Positions 1 to 13,660 of a stretch of 60,000 nucleotides of DNA are shown one piece after another. The position numbers were made by a program, and so were the translations under genes. Positions within the stretch are counted from its first letter, which is position 1. Every line of letters begins with the position of its first letter. Origin of the DNA: Mobula hypostoma (taxonomy: Eukaryota); NCBI RefSeq assembly GCF_963921235.1, contig NC_086109.1:25794001-25854000 (forward strand). Reading direction: 5' to 3'. Below the pieces are notes generated by a model. The model searched no databases, was not told the DNA's origin, and saw only the letters and a list, made by a program, of their open reading frames with translations.

Positions 1-500
1 CAATTAATGGCATCCTGACGTATGTATCTTTAATGTCCAGATGTTCCAGAGCTGAATGAAGAGCCAATTAAATATTGTCTGCTATTAATCTGTTGTGATG
101 GTAGGCAAATTGGAGAAAATCCAGGCCACTCTTCAGGCAGGAATTCACATGCTTCAAGACCATCCTCTCAAAACACTTCATCACAGTAGAACTAAGTGCT
201 ACTGGATGATAGACATTGTGGAAGTAACCACGTCCCTTCCTGAGCACTGGTATGATTGAAGCCTACTTGAAGCAGATGGGTACCTCAGACCGCCAAAGTG
301 AGAGGATGACGTCTGTAAATACTCCAGTCTGTTGATTAGTGCAAGTATTTATTACTTGGCCAGGTGCACCATCTGGGCCAGATGCTTTCTGTGGACTTAT
401 CCTCCTGAAGGATATTCTTAGAGACTGAGTCTAAGATTACAGAGCCATTAAGGGCTATTGGGATTCATGAAGTTGCCTCCATGCTCTGTCAGTCAAAGGG
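1..500 (-). mobile_element. Decayed Rex1/Babar-type LINE RT fragment
   Basis: Minus strand gives degenerate KASGPDGAPG...SIIPVL...VALSSTVMKCFERMVLKH, typical of the RT N-terminal region in this clade. Confidence 0.7.
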
Positions 501-671
501 AACTTAACTGACTTGCTTAACATCCATATCCTTTGATTCGTTTTGCATCCTCCACAATTTACTTTCCTTCCTATATTTATATCATCAGAAAATATATAGT
601 CAGAGCCTTTTTCTCAAGGCAAGGATTCTAGAACTAGAAGGCACAGGCTTCAGGCAAGATGGTTGAAATGT

Positions 672-1098
672 GTATGAAAATACAAGATAACACTGATGCA
701 GACATGTTTTATACATTTAACAAGGTGCTTTATTAATGCAACAGAGTTAGGCAGTTTTACAATGTTCCTCGTCAGCCAGGTCATACTGTCCGTGAACTCG
801 CTGTCGGTTGCCTCCATATGCTCCAGTATTTGTTTTTTTTTTGTTTTAAGTCATGCGCGAGAGCCAAGAGCAATTCCTTTTAAGTTTTTCTACTCCGTAA
901 CTGGACAAACACGCACTAAGTATACCGTTTCCTCTTCGCTTGTTTTCTGTGTGTCCTGCGTGTGCCCAGTAGAGGAGATTTGCCCAAATATCCGTGTTAG
1001 TGTGGACAGAGATATTTTGAAAAACGCTTAGTGTGTACGCCTAATTTTTACTCGAAACCAGCGTTTTCAAGATTATCTGGCGTAGTGAGGACGTAGCC
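672..1098. mobile_element. Truncated PIF/Harbinger-type non-autonomous DNA transposon inserted in a CR1 3' relic (~600-1320)
   Basis: Ends in GTAGTGAGGACGTAGCC followed by TTA (Harbinger-like TIR and TWA target); subterminal GTGTGGAC-type repeats; the other TIR is not seen. Confidence 0.6.
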
Positions 1099-1334
1099 TT
1101 AGAGTAGTAGGTTTTTCACACAAAAGGTCTGAAACAAACTGTCAGAGGACATGGTACGGGCAGATACAATTATAACATTTCAAAGGCATTTGGACAGGAA
1201 AGGCATAAAGGGATACAGTCCTCATGAGGCAATTGAGATTAGAGGAAATAGGCTTTATAATTGGCATGGATAAGGTGGGCCAAAAGGACCAATTTCTGTA
1301 CTGTACACTAATATGATTCTAAATTTAGCAACTA

Positions 1335-2550
1335 TATAGAAACATAGAAAACAATACAGGCCCTTTGGTCCACAAAGCTGTGCTGAACATGTCCTTACCT
1401 TAGAAATTACCTAGGGTTACCCATAGCACTCTGTTTTTCTAAGCTCCATGTACCTATCCAGGAGTCTCTTAAAAGACCCTATCATATCCGCCTCCACCAC
1501 TGTCGCTGGCAGCCCATCCCACGCACTCACCACTCTCTGCGTAAAAAAACGCAACTCTGACATCTCCTCTGTACCTGCTTCCAAGAACCTTAAAACTGTG
1601 CCCTCTCATGCTAGCCATTTCAGCCCTGGGAAAAAGCCTTTGACTATCCACACGGTCAATGCCTCTCATCTTATACACCTCTATCAGGTCCATCTGCCAC
1701 TTCTCAGCCCAGTTTTTCATCCTATCAATGTAACATCTGACAGCCCTCCACACTATCCACAACACCCCCAACCTTTGTGTCATCAGCAAATTTACTAACC
1801 CATCCCTCCTTTTCCTCATCCAGGTCATTTATAAAATTCACCAAGAGTAGGGGTCCCAGAACAGATCCCTGAGGTACACCAGTGGTCACTGACTTCCATG
1901 CAGAATATGACCCATCTACAACCACTCTTTGCCTTCTGTGGGCAAGCCAGTTCTGGATCCACAAAGCAAAGTCCCCTTGCATCCCATGCCTCCTTATTTT
2001 CTCAATAAGCCTAGCATGGGTACCTTATCAAATGCCTTGCTGAAATCCATATCCACTACATCTATAGCACTACCTCCATCAATGTGTTTAGTCACATCCT
2101 CAAAAAATTCAATCAGGCTCGTAAGGCACAACCTGCGTTTGACAAAGCTATGCTGACTATTCCTAATCATATTATGCCACTCCAAATGTTCATAAATCCT
2201 GCCTCTCAGGATCTTTACCATCAACTTACCAACCACTGAAGTAAGATTCACTGGTCTATAATTTCCTGGGCTATCTCTACTCCCTTTCTTGAATAAGGGA
2301 GCAACATCCACAACCCTCCAATCCTCCGGGACCTCTCCCGTCCCCATTGATGATGCAAAGATCATCACCAGAGGCACAGCAATTTCCTCTCTCACCTCCC
2401 ACAATAGCATTCGGTTCATCTCGTCCGGTCCCGGTGACTTATCCAACTTGATGCTTTCCAAAAGCTCCAGCACATCCTCTTTCTTAGTATCTATATGCTC
2501 AAGCTTTTCAGTCTGCTGTAGGTCACCCCTACAATTGCCAAGATCCTTTC
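1335..2550 (-). mobile_element. 5'-truncated CR1 LINE (family A), internal deletion near 1690
   Basis: ORF2 pieces [46 protein letters not shown]; (TTCTATGT)-type 3' tail at ~1335-1350. Confidence 0.92.
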
Positions 2551-3974
2551 ACATCTTTGATGTCTTCATCAAAATCAGTCATATCATTTGAGGGGGAAAA
2601 AAAAAATCGAGATCCCAGTATTGATCCCTGCAAAACCTGACAACCAGAAAAAAAATCCATTTATGCCTGATTTTGTTTCCCAGTTAGACAGCCAATCCTC
2701 TTTACCCTGCCACTACACAACTTCCAGCATGAGTTAATTTTTTTTCCCCCAGAATAACCCTTTATATAGGCATCTTCTCAAATGCTTGCTGGAATTTAAA
2801 TACAGTACACATTTCTTTAATTTTATGTATTCCTTAATGCTCTAACCCCTTGGAGGCAGCAGTTTCACATCACATTAAATGATATTATGAACACCTTCAA
2901 CTGACTTAATTTCACATTACTGTCAGATTTGTCTGGTTTAGTATGGGCCAACATCCCATAGCACAGAAAATACTTGAATGAAATTTTGTTGTTTCTTCCT
3001 TCCAAACAGCTCAGTGAACTCAACTACATCGTGACTAGTATTAGCTAAATGTTCCTATGTCTTTAGAATAAATCTGGTCAATTATCCATTACAAATTATG
3101 GTCTGCCCTCTTGTGGTCCAAGGATTTATTGTTACAGAAAATTACACAGATATTCCAGAAATTCACTGCTTTTCAGTCCATTTATTCCAATCTACGGAAG
3201 TTAAACTTCCACGTTTAAACGATCTATCCTTCATGTGGATATGATTTGATATCAGAGGAAATTGTTAAACTGGATAAAGGCCAATTATAACATTATTACG
3301 CAGAGGCAACACACAAAATGCTGCTGGAACTTTGCAGGTCAGGCAGCATCTATGGAGGGAAACACAGTGGATGCTTCCAGCTGATACCCTTCATCTGTAG
3401 TCCAATACCTTCTGTTGAGGAAGAAAGACAAGGATATTAAGGTTTGGGAATGTTGGATTACGAAAATGTTACAAATTATAGTCAAAATAAAAGCAATTGT
3501 GAAGTTTAGGAAGCAACCTTGAGAATATAAAGGAATAAAAAAACGGACAAGGAATCAGGTGCAATAAAAGGGGCCGTTAAATATCCTTGGCAAGTAGAAC
3601 TAAGGAAGGTCCCAACCATTTTATACATATATTAAGACTTAGAGGGTAACTAGAGAGAGTGTAAGACCATCCAAAAAGGGTACTTATATCACAGGAGGTA
3701 GGAAAGGTACCATAAAGTATACTTAGCCTTGGTGTTTGCAATGGAGAAGATAAAGAGATCATAGAGGGCTTTCCTCTATATTTTAAAGGCCTAAGATGGT
3801 TTTTAATTAACAACTGCAAAGAAAGAAGAGGCATACGTCACAAAGGGAGAAGCAAGCAGAGATTATATGCATAGGTAATCGAAGTCAATGGTACTAGTGG
3901 TGAAACAATGAAAATTGGGAATGCACCAGTGATGGAGATTTTAATGTGCTAGCTACTATGCATCATATAATATA

Positions 3975-6192
3975 CATAGAAACATAGAAAATAGGTGCAG
4001 GAGTAGGCCATTCGGCCCTTCGAGTCTGCACCTCCATTTATTATGATCATGGCTGATCATCCAACTCAGAACCCCACCCCAGCCTTCCCTCCATACCCCC
4101 TGATCCCCGTAGCCACAAGGGCCATATCTAACTCCCTCTTAAATATAGCCAATGAACTGGCCTCAACTGTTTCCTGTGGCAGAGAATTCCACAGATTCAC
4201 CACTGTGTGAAGAAGTTTTTCCTAATCTCGGTCCTAAAAGGCTTCCCCTTTATCCTCAAACTGTAACCCCTTGTTCTGGACTTCCCCAACATCGGGAACA
4301 ATCTTCCTGCATCTAGCCTGTCCAATCCCTTTAGAATTTTATGCATTTCAATCAGATTCCCCCTCAATCTTCTAAATTCCAACGAGTACAAGCCCAGTTC
4401 ATTCAGTCTTTCTTCATATGAAAGTCCTGCCATCCCAGGAATCAATCTGGTGAACCTTCTTTGTACTCCCTCTATGGCAAGGATGTCTTTCCTCAGATTA
4501 GGGGACCAAAACTGCACACAACACTCCAGGTGTGGTCTCACCAAAGCCTTGTACAACTGCAGTAGTACCTCCCTGCTCCTGTACTCGAATCCTCTCACTA
4601 TAAATGCCAGCATACCATTCGCCTTTTTCACCGCCTGCTGTACCTGCATGCCCACTTTCAATGACTGGTGTATAATGACACCCAGGTCCCGTTGCACCTC
4701 CCCTTTTCCTAATCGGCCACCATTCAGATAATAATCTGTTTTCCTATTTTTGCCACCAAAGTGGATACCTTCACATTTATTCACATTAAATTGCATCTGC
4801 CATGAATTTGCCCACTCACCCAACCTATCCAAGTCACCCTGCATCCTCTTAGCATCCTCCTCACAGCTAATACTGCCACCCAGCTTCGTGTCATCCGCAA
4901 ACTTGGAGATGCTGCATTTAATTCCCTCATCCAAGTCATTTATATTGTAAACAACTGGGGTCCCAGCACTGAGTCTTGCGGTACCCCACTAGTCACCGCC
5001 TGCCATTCTGAAAAGGTCCCGTTTATTCCCACTCTTTGCTTCCTGTCTGCTAATCAATTCTCCATCCACATCAATACCTTACCCCCAATACCGTGTGCTT
5101 TAAGTTTGCACACTAATCTCCTGTGTGGAACCTTGTCAAAAGCCTTTTGAAAATCCAAATATACCACATCCACTGGTTCTCCCCTATCCACTCTACTGGT
5201 TACATCCTCAAAAAATTCTATGAGATTCATCAGACATGATTTTCTTTTCACAAATCCATGCTGACTTTGCCTGATGATTTCACCGCTTTCCAAATGTGCT
5301 GTTATCACATCTTTGATAACTGACTCCAGCAGTTTCCCCACCACCGACGTTAGGCTAACTGGTCTATAATTCCCCGGTTTCTCTCTCCCTCCTTTTTTAA
5401 AAAGTGGGGTTACATTAGCCACCCTCCAATCCTCAGGAACTAGTCCAGAATCTAATGAGTTTTGAAAAATTATCACTAATGCATCCACTATTTCTTGGGC
5501 TACTTCCTTAAGCACTCTAGGATGCAGACCATCTGGCCCTGGGGATTTATCTGCCTTCAATCCCTTCAATTTACCTAACACCACTTCCCTACTAACAAGT
5601 ATTTCGCTCAGTTCCTCCATCTCACTGGACCCTCTGTCCCCTACTATTTCTGGAAGATTATTTATGTCCTCCTTAGTGAAGGCAGAACCAAAGTAATTAT
5701 TCAATTGGTCTGCCATGTCCTTTCTCCCCATATCAATTCACCTGTTTCTGTCTGTAGGGGACCTACATTTGTCTTTACCAGTCTTTTCCTTTTTACATAT
5801 CTATAAAAGCTTTTACAGTCAGTTTTTATGTTCCCTGCCAGTTTTCTCTCATAATCTTTTTTCCCCTTCCTAATTAAGCCCTTTGTCCTCCTCTGCTGAA
5901 CTCTGAATTTCTCCCAGTCCTCAGGTGAGCCACTTTCTCTGGCTAATTTGTATGCTTCTTCTTTGGAATTGATACTATCCCTAATTTCTCTTGTCAGCCA
6001 CGGGTGCACTACCTTCCTTGATTTATTCTTTTGCCAAACTGGGATGAACAATTGTAGTTCATCCATGCAACCTTTAAATGCTTGCCATTGCACATCCACC
6101 GTCAATCCTTTAAGTGTCATTTGCCAGTCTATCTTAGCTAATTCACATCTCATACCTTCAAAGTTACCCCTCTTTAAGTTCAGAACCTTTGT
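3975..6192 (-). mobile_element. 5'-truncated young CR1 LINE (family B)
   Basis: Nearly open ORF2 across 4197-6153 (DFQKAFDKVPH, KFADDTKLGG, LVRPHLE); GTTTCTAT repeat tail. Confidence 0.95.
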
Positions 6193-7699
6193 TTGTCATA
6201 CAGATGACAGCCAGAGAGGAATGCAATTTGTTCATTCATTTGGTACTGTGTCATTTTTGCAAGAGGCTTCTGCTTCAAATTGCAAGTTAAACATTCTTCT
6301 CCCCTTCTACAATTGCATCACCTAGTGGACAAAATTATGCACAGTACCAATAAAAGCCCACTTTGAGTGAAATATAATTATATACATTTTATTATATATG
6401 CACTCCATCTTTTACAAATAATCACACATCTTCCAACAATGATTTGAACCAACTGCATATACTGTAAATGCTTATCATTAAAGTTTTTGTGTACTTTAAA
6501 TGAAGAGGCTTTAGAAGGGTTAAGACTGCTATTAAGGATTTTCACTGAAGCTAAAAACAATTTTTACAATACTGGCAAGTATCAACCTTGATGAACTGAA
6601 CTAAAGGGGCATTGTTACATGTGGCAGGTGTATTTGCATATTGCTTTAAACGTCCACCCAGTCTCTAATACAAGAACACCTCAAAACCTGCGATAACTTT
6701 CAAGGATGTTCTTTTTGGATTTAGTGATTTTAGTTTCTAATGTCATTTTATCTTTCTTTATGTGTTGATGCATATTGAGGTAGAACGGCACACCTCTAGC
6801 TGTCATCCAGTACTTCTTTTCTCCATAAACACTGCTTATCCTCAACACATTTCCCCTCAAATCCCATGTTTCAGTTACTATTTTAAAGATGTTTGGCTGC
6901 AGTTAAATCACTAATGTTTTTTGACACTACTATCCCTTCTTTCAATTGCTGTAATTCATCATTTTCTTTTCCTCTTGCACTGTTCTTTATAAAAGAAAAT
7001 TGCAAGTGTCAGCAATGATTTCTGTATCAAAACCTTTGAGTTTCCATGTTAGAACCATTGCAGACATGGTATATGTATTTCATTTCACTATATTTTCTTT
7101 CTACTTACTCTTAACAAAATTCATCAAAACATCAAACACTTCTACCAAGTCTCAGTTTAATCCCTTTTGTAAGGACTACCACCCCAATTCATTCATATAT
7201 TTTATCCTAGTACCACTCTTCTGTACCCTCTCCAAGCAAATGATATATTTCCTATTGAGTGACGCCCAGAGTTAAATACAATACTCCAGCTGTGTTGTAT
7301 GGACTGGAAATTGATAGTTCTTCACTGGGCTCTGTTTCTGCTTCTGCATACTGTTAGTAACTCAGTTTGGAAATTGAAAATGCCGCTGTGAACTGAGCAT
7401 CCACACAGCAGAAGATGCCCGCAGCCCTGCAGCAGCTGACAAATCCATCCTGCCAGCCTCCCACACACTTGAATGTATGTACAGATTCTGCCAAATAAGC
7501 CATGGAGCACTTGTGTCAACATTGGAAATATGAGAATACAATAATGTAAAAATATCACTGAGCAAAGTCACCGCTAAACAGATGATGGGGGAAACAGCTA
7601 TGTGCAAGCATGGATGTGGACAATCCATTTTAGATGTTAATGTTGTAGGAGGGTGGAAAAGAAAAGAGCAGCACCTGGTTCAAAAGAGGAAGAGCCACA

Positions 7700-8075
7700 G
7701 AAAAGAAACAGCCCCATCAGCCCATCAAGTCATCAAACATCCTAATTTTTAAATTACAGTGAATAAAATATATTTAGATTTTATTTCTATAATCATTGTT
7801 TTATTTATATATTTTATATATAAATAGAAAACTACACTAATCATGCACAAATCATACTTATTGTACCCACATTCCCATTAACTCCGCTTTGAGTCTAGCA
7901 CTAATTTACACATTGGGACAACTTGCAGGTGTTTTGAACTAACTAACCAGTGCAACTTTGAGGTGTGGAAGGAACTAGGAACACACAGATGAAGCCCATT
8001 TGGCACAGGGAGAAATTCAAACAATACAAACAGCACCCTTGGTTTGGATTGAACCTGATCACTGAAGCTGAGTCT
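7700..8075 (-). mobile_element. Decayed V-SINE/HE1-like SINE
   Basis: B-box-like GGTTCAATCC on the minus strand at ~8046-8056 plus a degenerate V-domain like the copy at 44762-45035. Confidence 0.5.
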
Positions 8076-8397
8076 GCAGGTATCCTGACTTCAATGGTTT
8101 GCAGCCCTAAATGTCTGGATATGATAAAACTACAGAGTTTCTGAAACAGATAAACTGAGCTAAGTATTCCCTGATTTATGCCAAACTATTTTAAATTTCT
8201 TGTCAAACCTTTTGTTTTCTCTGACCTACAGGGAAGCTTCTCTAACTAATCAACTGCTTCCCTGTGACCATTAGCATGCCTTTTCTTGTACATTCTCTAA
8301 ATTCTTCAGTGTTGTGCCCAGAAAAATAGAGCTAATGAAGCTAAACCAGTGTTTACTAAGCTGAATCTTAGCTAAAGTTAAAACCAGAGGTTCCAAG

Positions 8398-8472
8398 CAG
8401 GGGTTCCCAACCTTTTTTTATGGACCAATACCATTAAGCAAGGGGTCTGCAGACACCAGGTTGGTAATTCCG
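8398..8472. mobile_element. Short hAT-type MITE
   Basis: CAGGGGTTCCCAACC ... GGTTGGTAATTCC degenerate terminal inverted repeats; ~75 bp. Confidence 0.55.
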
Positions 8473-9039
8473 GCTGTGAAGGGATTAGCAAACACTTAGA
8501 ATCTAATTGACCTGCCTTTCATCATGCATATTTCATGAACAGTTCTCTCTTAAAAAAACTCTACAAAAGCAGGAATCTGCATTTAGAACTTTAAATCCTG
8601 TCACTGGACAAGAACACCACATTGGTTTATTTAACAACAGTAAAGCAAACCCATCTTCATATCAGAACAAATTTCATAAATAGGGAATACAAGCTTGTGA
8701 GATTCAGTAGTGGACAGCTTAGTGCATATTATGCCTAAATGGAAATACACTTGAAGAATCAGAGTAGGAGAAATATCCCAAAGTTTCAGTAAGTATATGA
8801 AATGTGAGCAGATCTATTACCTGCATTTCCAAAGGAGGTTTTCTTAAAACTTTGTTCTTGGTGAGGAGTTTTTGTATGTTCTTTTACTGAAGGGGCAAAG
8901 AAAGGTTTTTCACTTATTGGCAGGATATTGAGAAACACTGCACTTTCCACCACGTGTAGAATTTAAACACAAATGGTCATAAGGCAATGAAAAGAAAAAG
9001 CAATTTGAACTTTTTGACATTTCTAATATGAACAAGTAA

Positions 9040-9260
9040 ACTTATCACTTTCAAGAGCTGGACCTTGATGGATCAATGTTCCAAGCCACACACCACCCTG
9101 ACTTGGAAATTTATTGCTGGTTCTTTATTGTTGCTGAGTTTAAATTCTGAAACTTCATTGTGAGAGTACCTTCATCAGAATGACTTCAGCGGATCAACAT
9201 GTGGATAACCACCACCTTCTTAAGCATCATTAGGGTTGGGCCATAAATTGATGGTCTTAC
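9040..9260 (+). mobile_element. Decayed CR1-like LINE 3' end
   Basis: CACCACCCTGACTTGGAAAT...ACCACCACCTTCTTAAG...ATTAGGGTTGGGCCATAAAT resembles a common chondrichthyan LINE tail (from recall). Confidence 0.45.
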
Positions 9261-9649
9261 AAATAATTCCCTCATCTGAATAATGAACTTTAAGATAATC
9301 AACAGTACTGGAGTTATTAGAGATGTAAGGCAATATTTTAGTACAGGACTGACAGATGCATTAAATGTGGCAAAGGAAATAATCTGGGTAGGTGGGCTGG
9401 ATTGGCTGAAACTGTTGCTATTTTTATTACCTACCACTAAAAGCACTCATACCATTGTTATATTCAGCTCTAACTATCACAATACTGGATATCTGCAATT
9501 CTCCAGCATTATAAGCTTCTTTTACCACAATGATCCCCGGTGCAACCTTAAGCTCAATCATTCCCTTTCTGACTAAGCATCTCCGCATCTCATTCCTTTG
9601 AATGTTTCTCCAAAACCCATCTTTATGTCACAACATTTCCTTTGGGTTG

Positions 9650-12187
9650 ATGTCCATTTTATTCCCATATACCTCACAAAGACCATATTTTTCAAAACAT
9701 CAACAGCCTATTAGAAAAGACAAAGTAAACATAAAAAGATACAACTCCATTAAAAAAGAATTCAAAAACAAATTTTACAGAAATTACCTACTTTACTGAC
9801 ATACATAAAACCTTGTGTTAAATATCCACATCTATATTAATACAGCACCATAACAAGGGATACAGTGTGATTGCATTTTGTAGCAATGCTTTGACAGAAA
9901 TGTCCTAAATTTCAAGGAACCTTTAGTTACTCAGATTAATATGCCTTGCAGGTCTAAATTAACAGAAACTCCATGGTCCAGCAGACCTTATTCAGCATTT
10001 TGAAGGAAGGAAAATAAAACAGATGTACTACAGTTATCCCAATTTATAGAATAGCAGACAGAAGTATTGAGGGATTGGTGCAAGTAACTAGGTGAAGAAG
10101 CATTTTTAGTTAAAATTTACATATGTAGGTATTCAACCACCAAAGCTAGAGGTGGGAATGTGCAAAGATTGATCAGGTCCTTATCGAATGCTGGAAATAT
10201 AGAAAATGTGAAAACAGTAACATGAATATTTCAATTGATAACTGATGTGCTGCTGATTTCTAGCATTTGCACTCTTAGTTTTGGCTCTTCTGATAAATAA
10301 CCAGATGTTAAGAACATTTTATATTGCAAAATTAAAATATCCTTATTATTTGAGAGCTAATAAGAGGCATAGAGTGCATCAGTGCAGTAATGTTGATAAA
10401 CCATTTTCACAGCTTAGTGTATCATCCACAATGCTCAAGTCACGAAAGAGCAGATAGCTTGATATCAATAAAATTTCAATAATTCCTCATCCATTTCACT
10501 AAACATATGGTTGCTTGAGGGCACATTCTCCAATATGGGAAAAAAACAATTTCCTTTTTTACCCTGTAAACACTACTCATAGTCTGAAATGTTTTAACCT
10601 AATGGTTGAGGAATGTTTACACATTCAAAATACACGTCACAGTTTTCAATGATTTTTCAATATTATTGTAATAAGTTACTGTATCACACATTCCTAGTGT
10701 ACAAGAATGAACTTGAGTCTCGATCTCCAAAACTAGCTTCATGGTAAAAACAAGTGAAACTTTGCATCATGCATTAAATAATGTATTCAGCAAACTGACA
10801 AGGCTAACATTCAAACTAAGGTATATAAAACAGTAATGTTTTGTCACATCATCGTAGATAACAATTCTCAGTGTGCTTAACATTGGCAAAAGGCCATTAG
10901 GAATTATTACGTATTCTAAATTCGCATGGATTCTTTGCATTTGGATTTAAAGTTGCATAATCAGTTGAATTTAGTTTACCAGAATCCTCAACAATGAAAG
11001 TGAATTGGGGGAGTTTTGATCTGTTGAAATTTCATAAAATGGAAGTTAATGGCAAATAATTCACACCACCAAAATCCTACACATGGGAATGAAAAAGATG
11101 GGCTAAACTCACTGCAGTTCTCCAAAACTATTTTAGTTCACCGGAATTCCATAAGCTCTGGTACAATGGAATTCAATACTGTGGGATTCCTGGACTTGTA
11201 CTTTTTGAATGGACAATCATAATTTTGGTCATGACCAGGTGAGAAGAGCAAAAATACATTAAATTACACAACTAAACTTCAATTCACAATGACTGAGATT
11301 TGTACGAGGGTTAGAAAATCTGCCATTACATAATGATTAAATAGGAACAATTCAAAAAATACACCAGATCACAATGCTACTAATCCCTCAGTTGACCACA
11401 TCGCATGAAGCAGCTCTTCATGTTTACTAAGAAATACGGTAAGCCCATAATACTTATGAAACTAAAACAGGTTAAAAAAGATAAAATTAATCAAGTTGAT
11501 ATCTTGAACAAATGAAGAATTCCACAGTTTTAAGGTCCTGGGAGAAAGTAAGGTTTGTGATGATTATCTAAACTGGGAATTGCGAGGAGACAAAATTAAA
11601 AATAAATCAAGGACAGTTACATCAAAAAGCATTGTATTTGCATTCTTTGTCACCAAAAAGTATATTTGGTCCATTCAGAAGTAAAAAATAATCAATTAAC
11701 AGTAAATATCCAATTGAGAACTAGTCTAGTCACTTGACTCAATTTGCCATAGTAGTGGTGGATAATAATTGGTTGCCCTTTTGCTGGCAACCTTTAGGGT
11801 GATATTCTTGCTTAATTTTAGCAATCAAAGTACAAAACTGTTTCTTATTGTTTTTTCACTCATTCTACTTTCTCATCAGAATTAGTGGGCATGATTGTCT
11901 TCCGGAACCTTAACTATATAATGTGAGAAGCAATTAAGGTGCTCAATCATCTGCCTCACCTCAAGCTAAAGGATGCCTCACCCAATATCTACAAAAGCAT
12001 TTTCCAGCAGGTCCTCATTGTATGGCATTTAGCCTCAAACCATAAATTAATAGATAGAAAGTAACTTTGCTAGAATTCTTGTCATAAATTAAACACTATG
12101 ATCTCTCACAGCCTGCAAAACCTAGCAACTTACTGTATTTATACACTGTTACAAACAATAGACTAATGTACAAAATAGAACTGGAAA
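9650..12187 (-). other. STRIP1: Putative STRIP1 3' UTR (3' end uncertain)
   Basis: AT-rich, largely repeat-free stretch after the stop codon; candidate AATAAA signals on the minus strand at 9658-9663, 9423-9428 and 8626-8631. Confidence 0.45.
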
Positions 12188-12435
12188 TTACTGCAAAAGC
12201 TCTTCCCAGCTGATTGGCTTTGAGAAAACTTCTCTTTCAAGCCAAAGATCATAGTTCATTTGGAATTCTTCTGGTAATACGAGCTGTTGCCCCAGGACGC
12301 TCTGTAAACAGTTATCCACTGGGGCAAAATCAGGGTTGCTTGGGTTTTTGTCATATCTGCGACTGTTAAACCGTTCGATGTTGGCTCTCAATGCACATTC
12401 CTCTGCTTGAAAATCCCACGGACGGGCATCAAGAT
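12188..12435 (-). CDS. STRIP1: STRIP1 last coding exon
   Basis: ttag|AT CTT GAT GCC...CAG TAA; DLDARPWDFQAEECALRANIERFN...FQMNYDLWLEREVFSKPISWEELLQ*; the C-terminus matches STRIP1 rather than STRIP2 as I recall them. Confidence 0.95.
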
Positions 12436-12628
12436 CTAAAAATAATAATTGTAAACATCAGAAAACTGTACTTAAAACATAATTTAAATGCATTTCCACC
12501 AGGTTTTCTGGTGTGTCACAGATTTAGCTTGTGGTCATGAAAAATCTATTCCAGAACACTAATACCATCACGTGCCTTAAAGGGTTCTCAGATCTCTTCT
12601 CAAAGATTTACATTTTTACTTGAATATA

Positions 12629-13222
12629 CAGTACCTTGATAAAGTATTCAGCCCCCTGCCTTTTGCTCACATAAATGACTATTACAACTAGGGATCTGAT
12701 CAATTTAACTGAGAATTTTTATTTGTGAATCACATGCTCCCTTTCCCCCCCACACAGTACAGCCTGAAAAACAGGAAAAATTATAAAGCACGAAAAACTA
12801 AAAACCCAAAAACTAAGAAGTCAGCTGTTCAAAGTATTCATCCCCTTTGTTCAGTACTTAGTTGAACTAGCTCTCACAGCTATTACAGCCATAATCTTTT
12901 TTGATACGTCTCTATTAGCTTTGCACAAAGTGATAGAGCAAAATTTGCCAGTTCCTCCATGCAAAATTGCTCAAACTGTGCCAGCTTAGTTAGAGAGCAG
13001 AAGTGTAAAGTAATCTTGAGGACTTGCCAGGGATGTTTGGTCGGGTTAAGATCAGGACTCTAACACTCACGGACAACAAATATCCCTGTTTTTTGGCCTC
13101 TACTATGAAAAAAAAGCATGTGATTCACAAATAAAAATTCTCTTAAATTGATCAACTCCATGGTTGCAATACTCATTTATGTGAACAAAGGTTTGGGGGT
13201 TGAATACCTTTTCAAGGCACTG
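12629..13222 (-). mobile_element. Tc1/mariner non-autonomous element
   Basis: TA|CAGTACCTTG...CAAGGCACTG|TA; ~150-bp TIRs; internal minus-strand transposase C-terminal relic SPDLNP...EQFCMEE...CAKLIETY...STKY*. Confidence 0.9.
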
Positions 13223-13454
13223 TATACCTAAATGCAATCTTTAATATTTCACCCAAATAATGCATCACATCTGAAAACACCAATGAAAATTAAGCCCAGA
13301 TTCTGCATTTCAGTCATATTAGGCTGGAAACCCAATAAACCCTAATTTTGAACCATTGTATGGTCTTTAGCCAGCCAGTTTCACTATTCAATTGATCCCT
13401 TTCAAATCAAAACTATCTGTCAGAGTAAAGATCTTGCTTTAATCTAGCTCGAGT

Positions 13455-13660
13455 CAGATTTGGCTCAGTGGTTAACACGTTTGCAAATCAAAAGAACATT
13501 GGTTCAAGCTCCACCCTAAGAATTTGAACTCGTATTCTACATTAATATTTACAATACCAGATTAGGGCCACCAAAGAAAATATGGAAGTATCCCCCAATA
13601 CCAGATACATTCATCCTTCCAGATGAGTGAAGTTGAAAGCCAGCGAGTTAGAAGCAAAAA
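13455..13660 (+). mobile_element. Ancient tRNA-headed SINE relic (Deu-SINE/SacSINE1-like)
   Basis: A box TGGCTCAGTGG, B box GGTTCAAGCTCC, downstream CTTCCAGATGAG Deu-like motif. Confidence 0.5.

Noticed and set aside
696..1031. 111-aa ORF
   Set aside because: It lies inside a non-autonomous Harbinger-like repeat and has no recognisable domain
11144..11174. 9-bp inverted repeat GAATTCCAT/ATGGAATTC in the putative 3' UTR
   Set aside because: Short enough to occur by chance; no known motif (not SECIS- or IRE-like)
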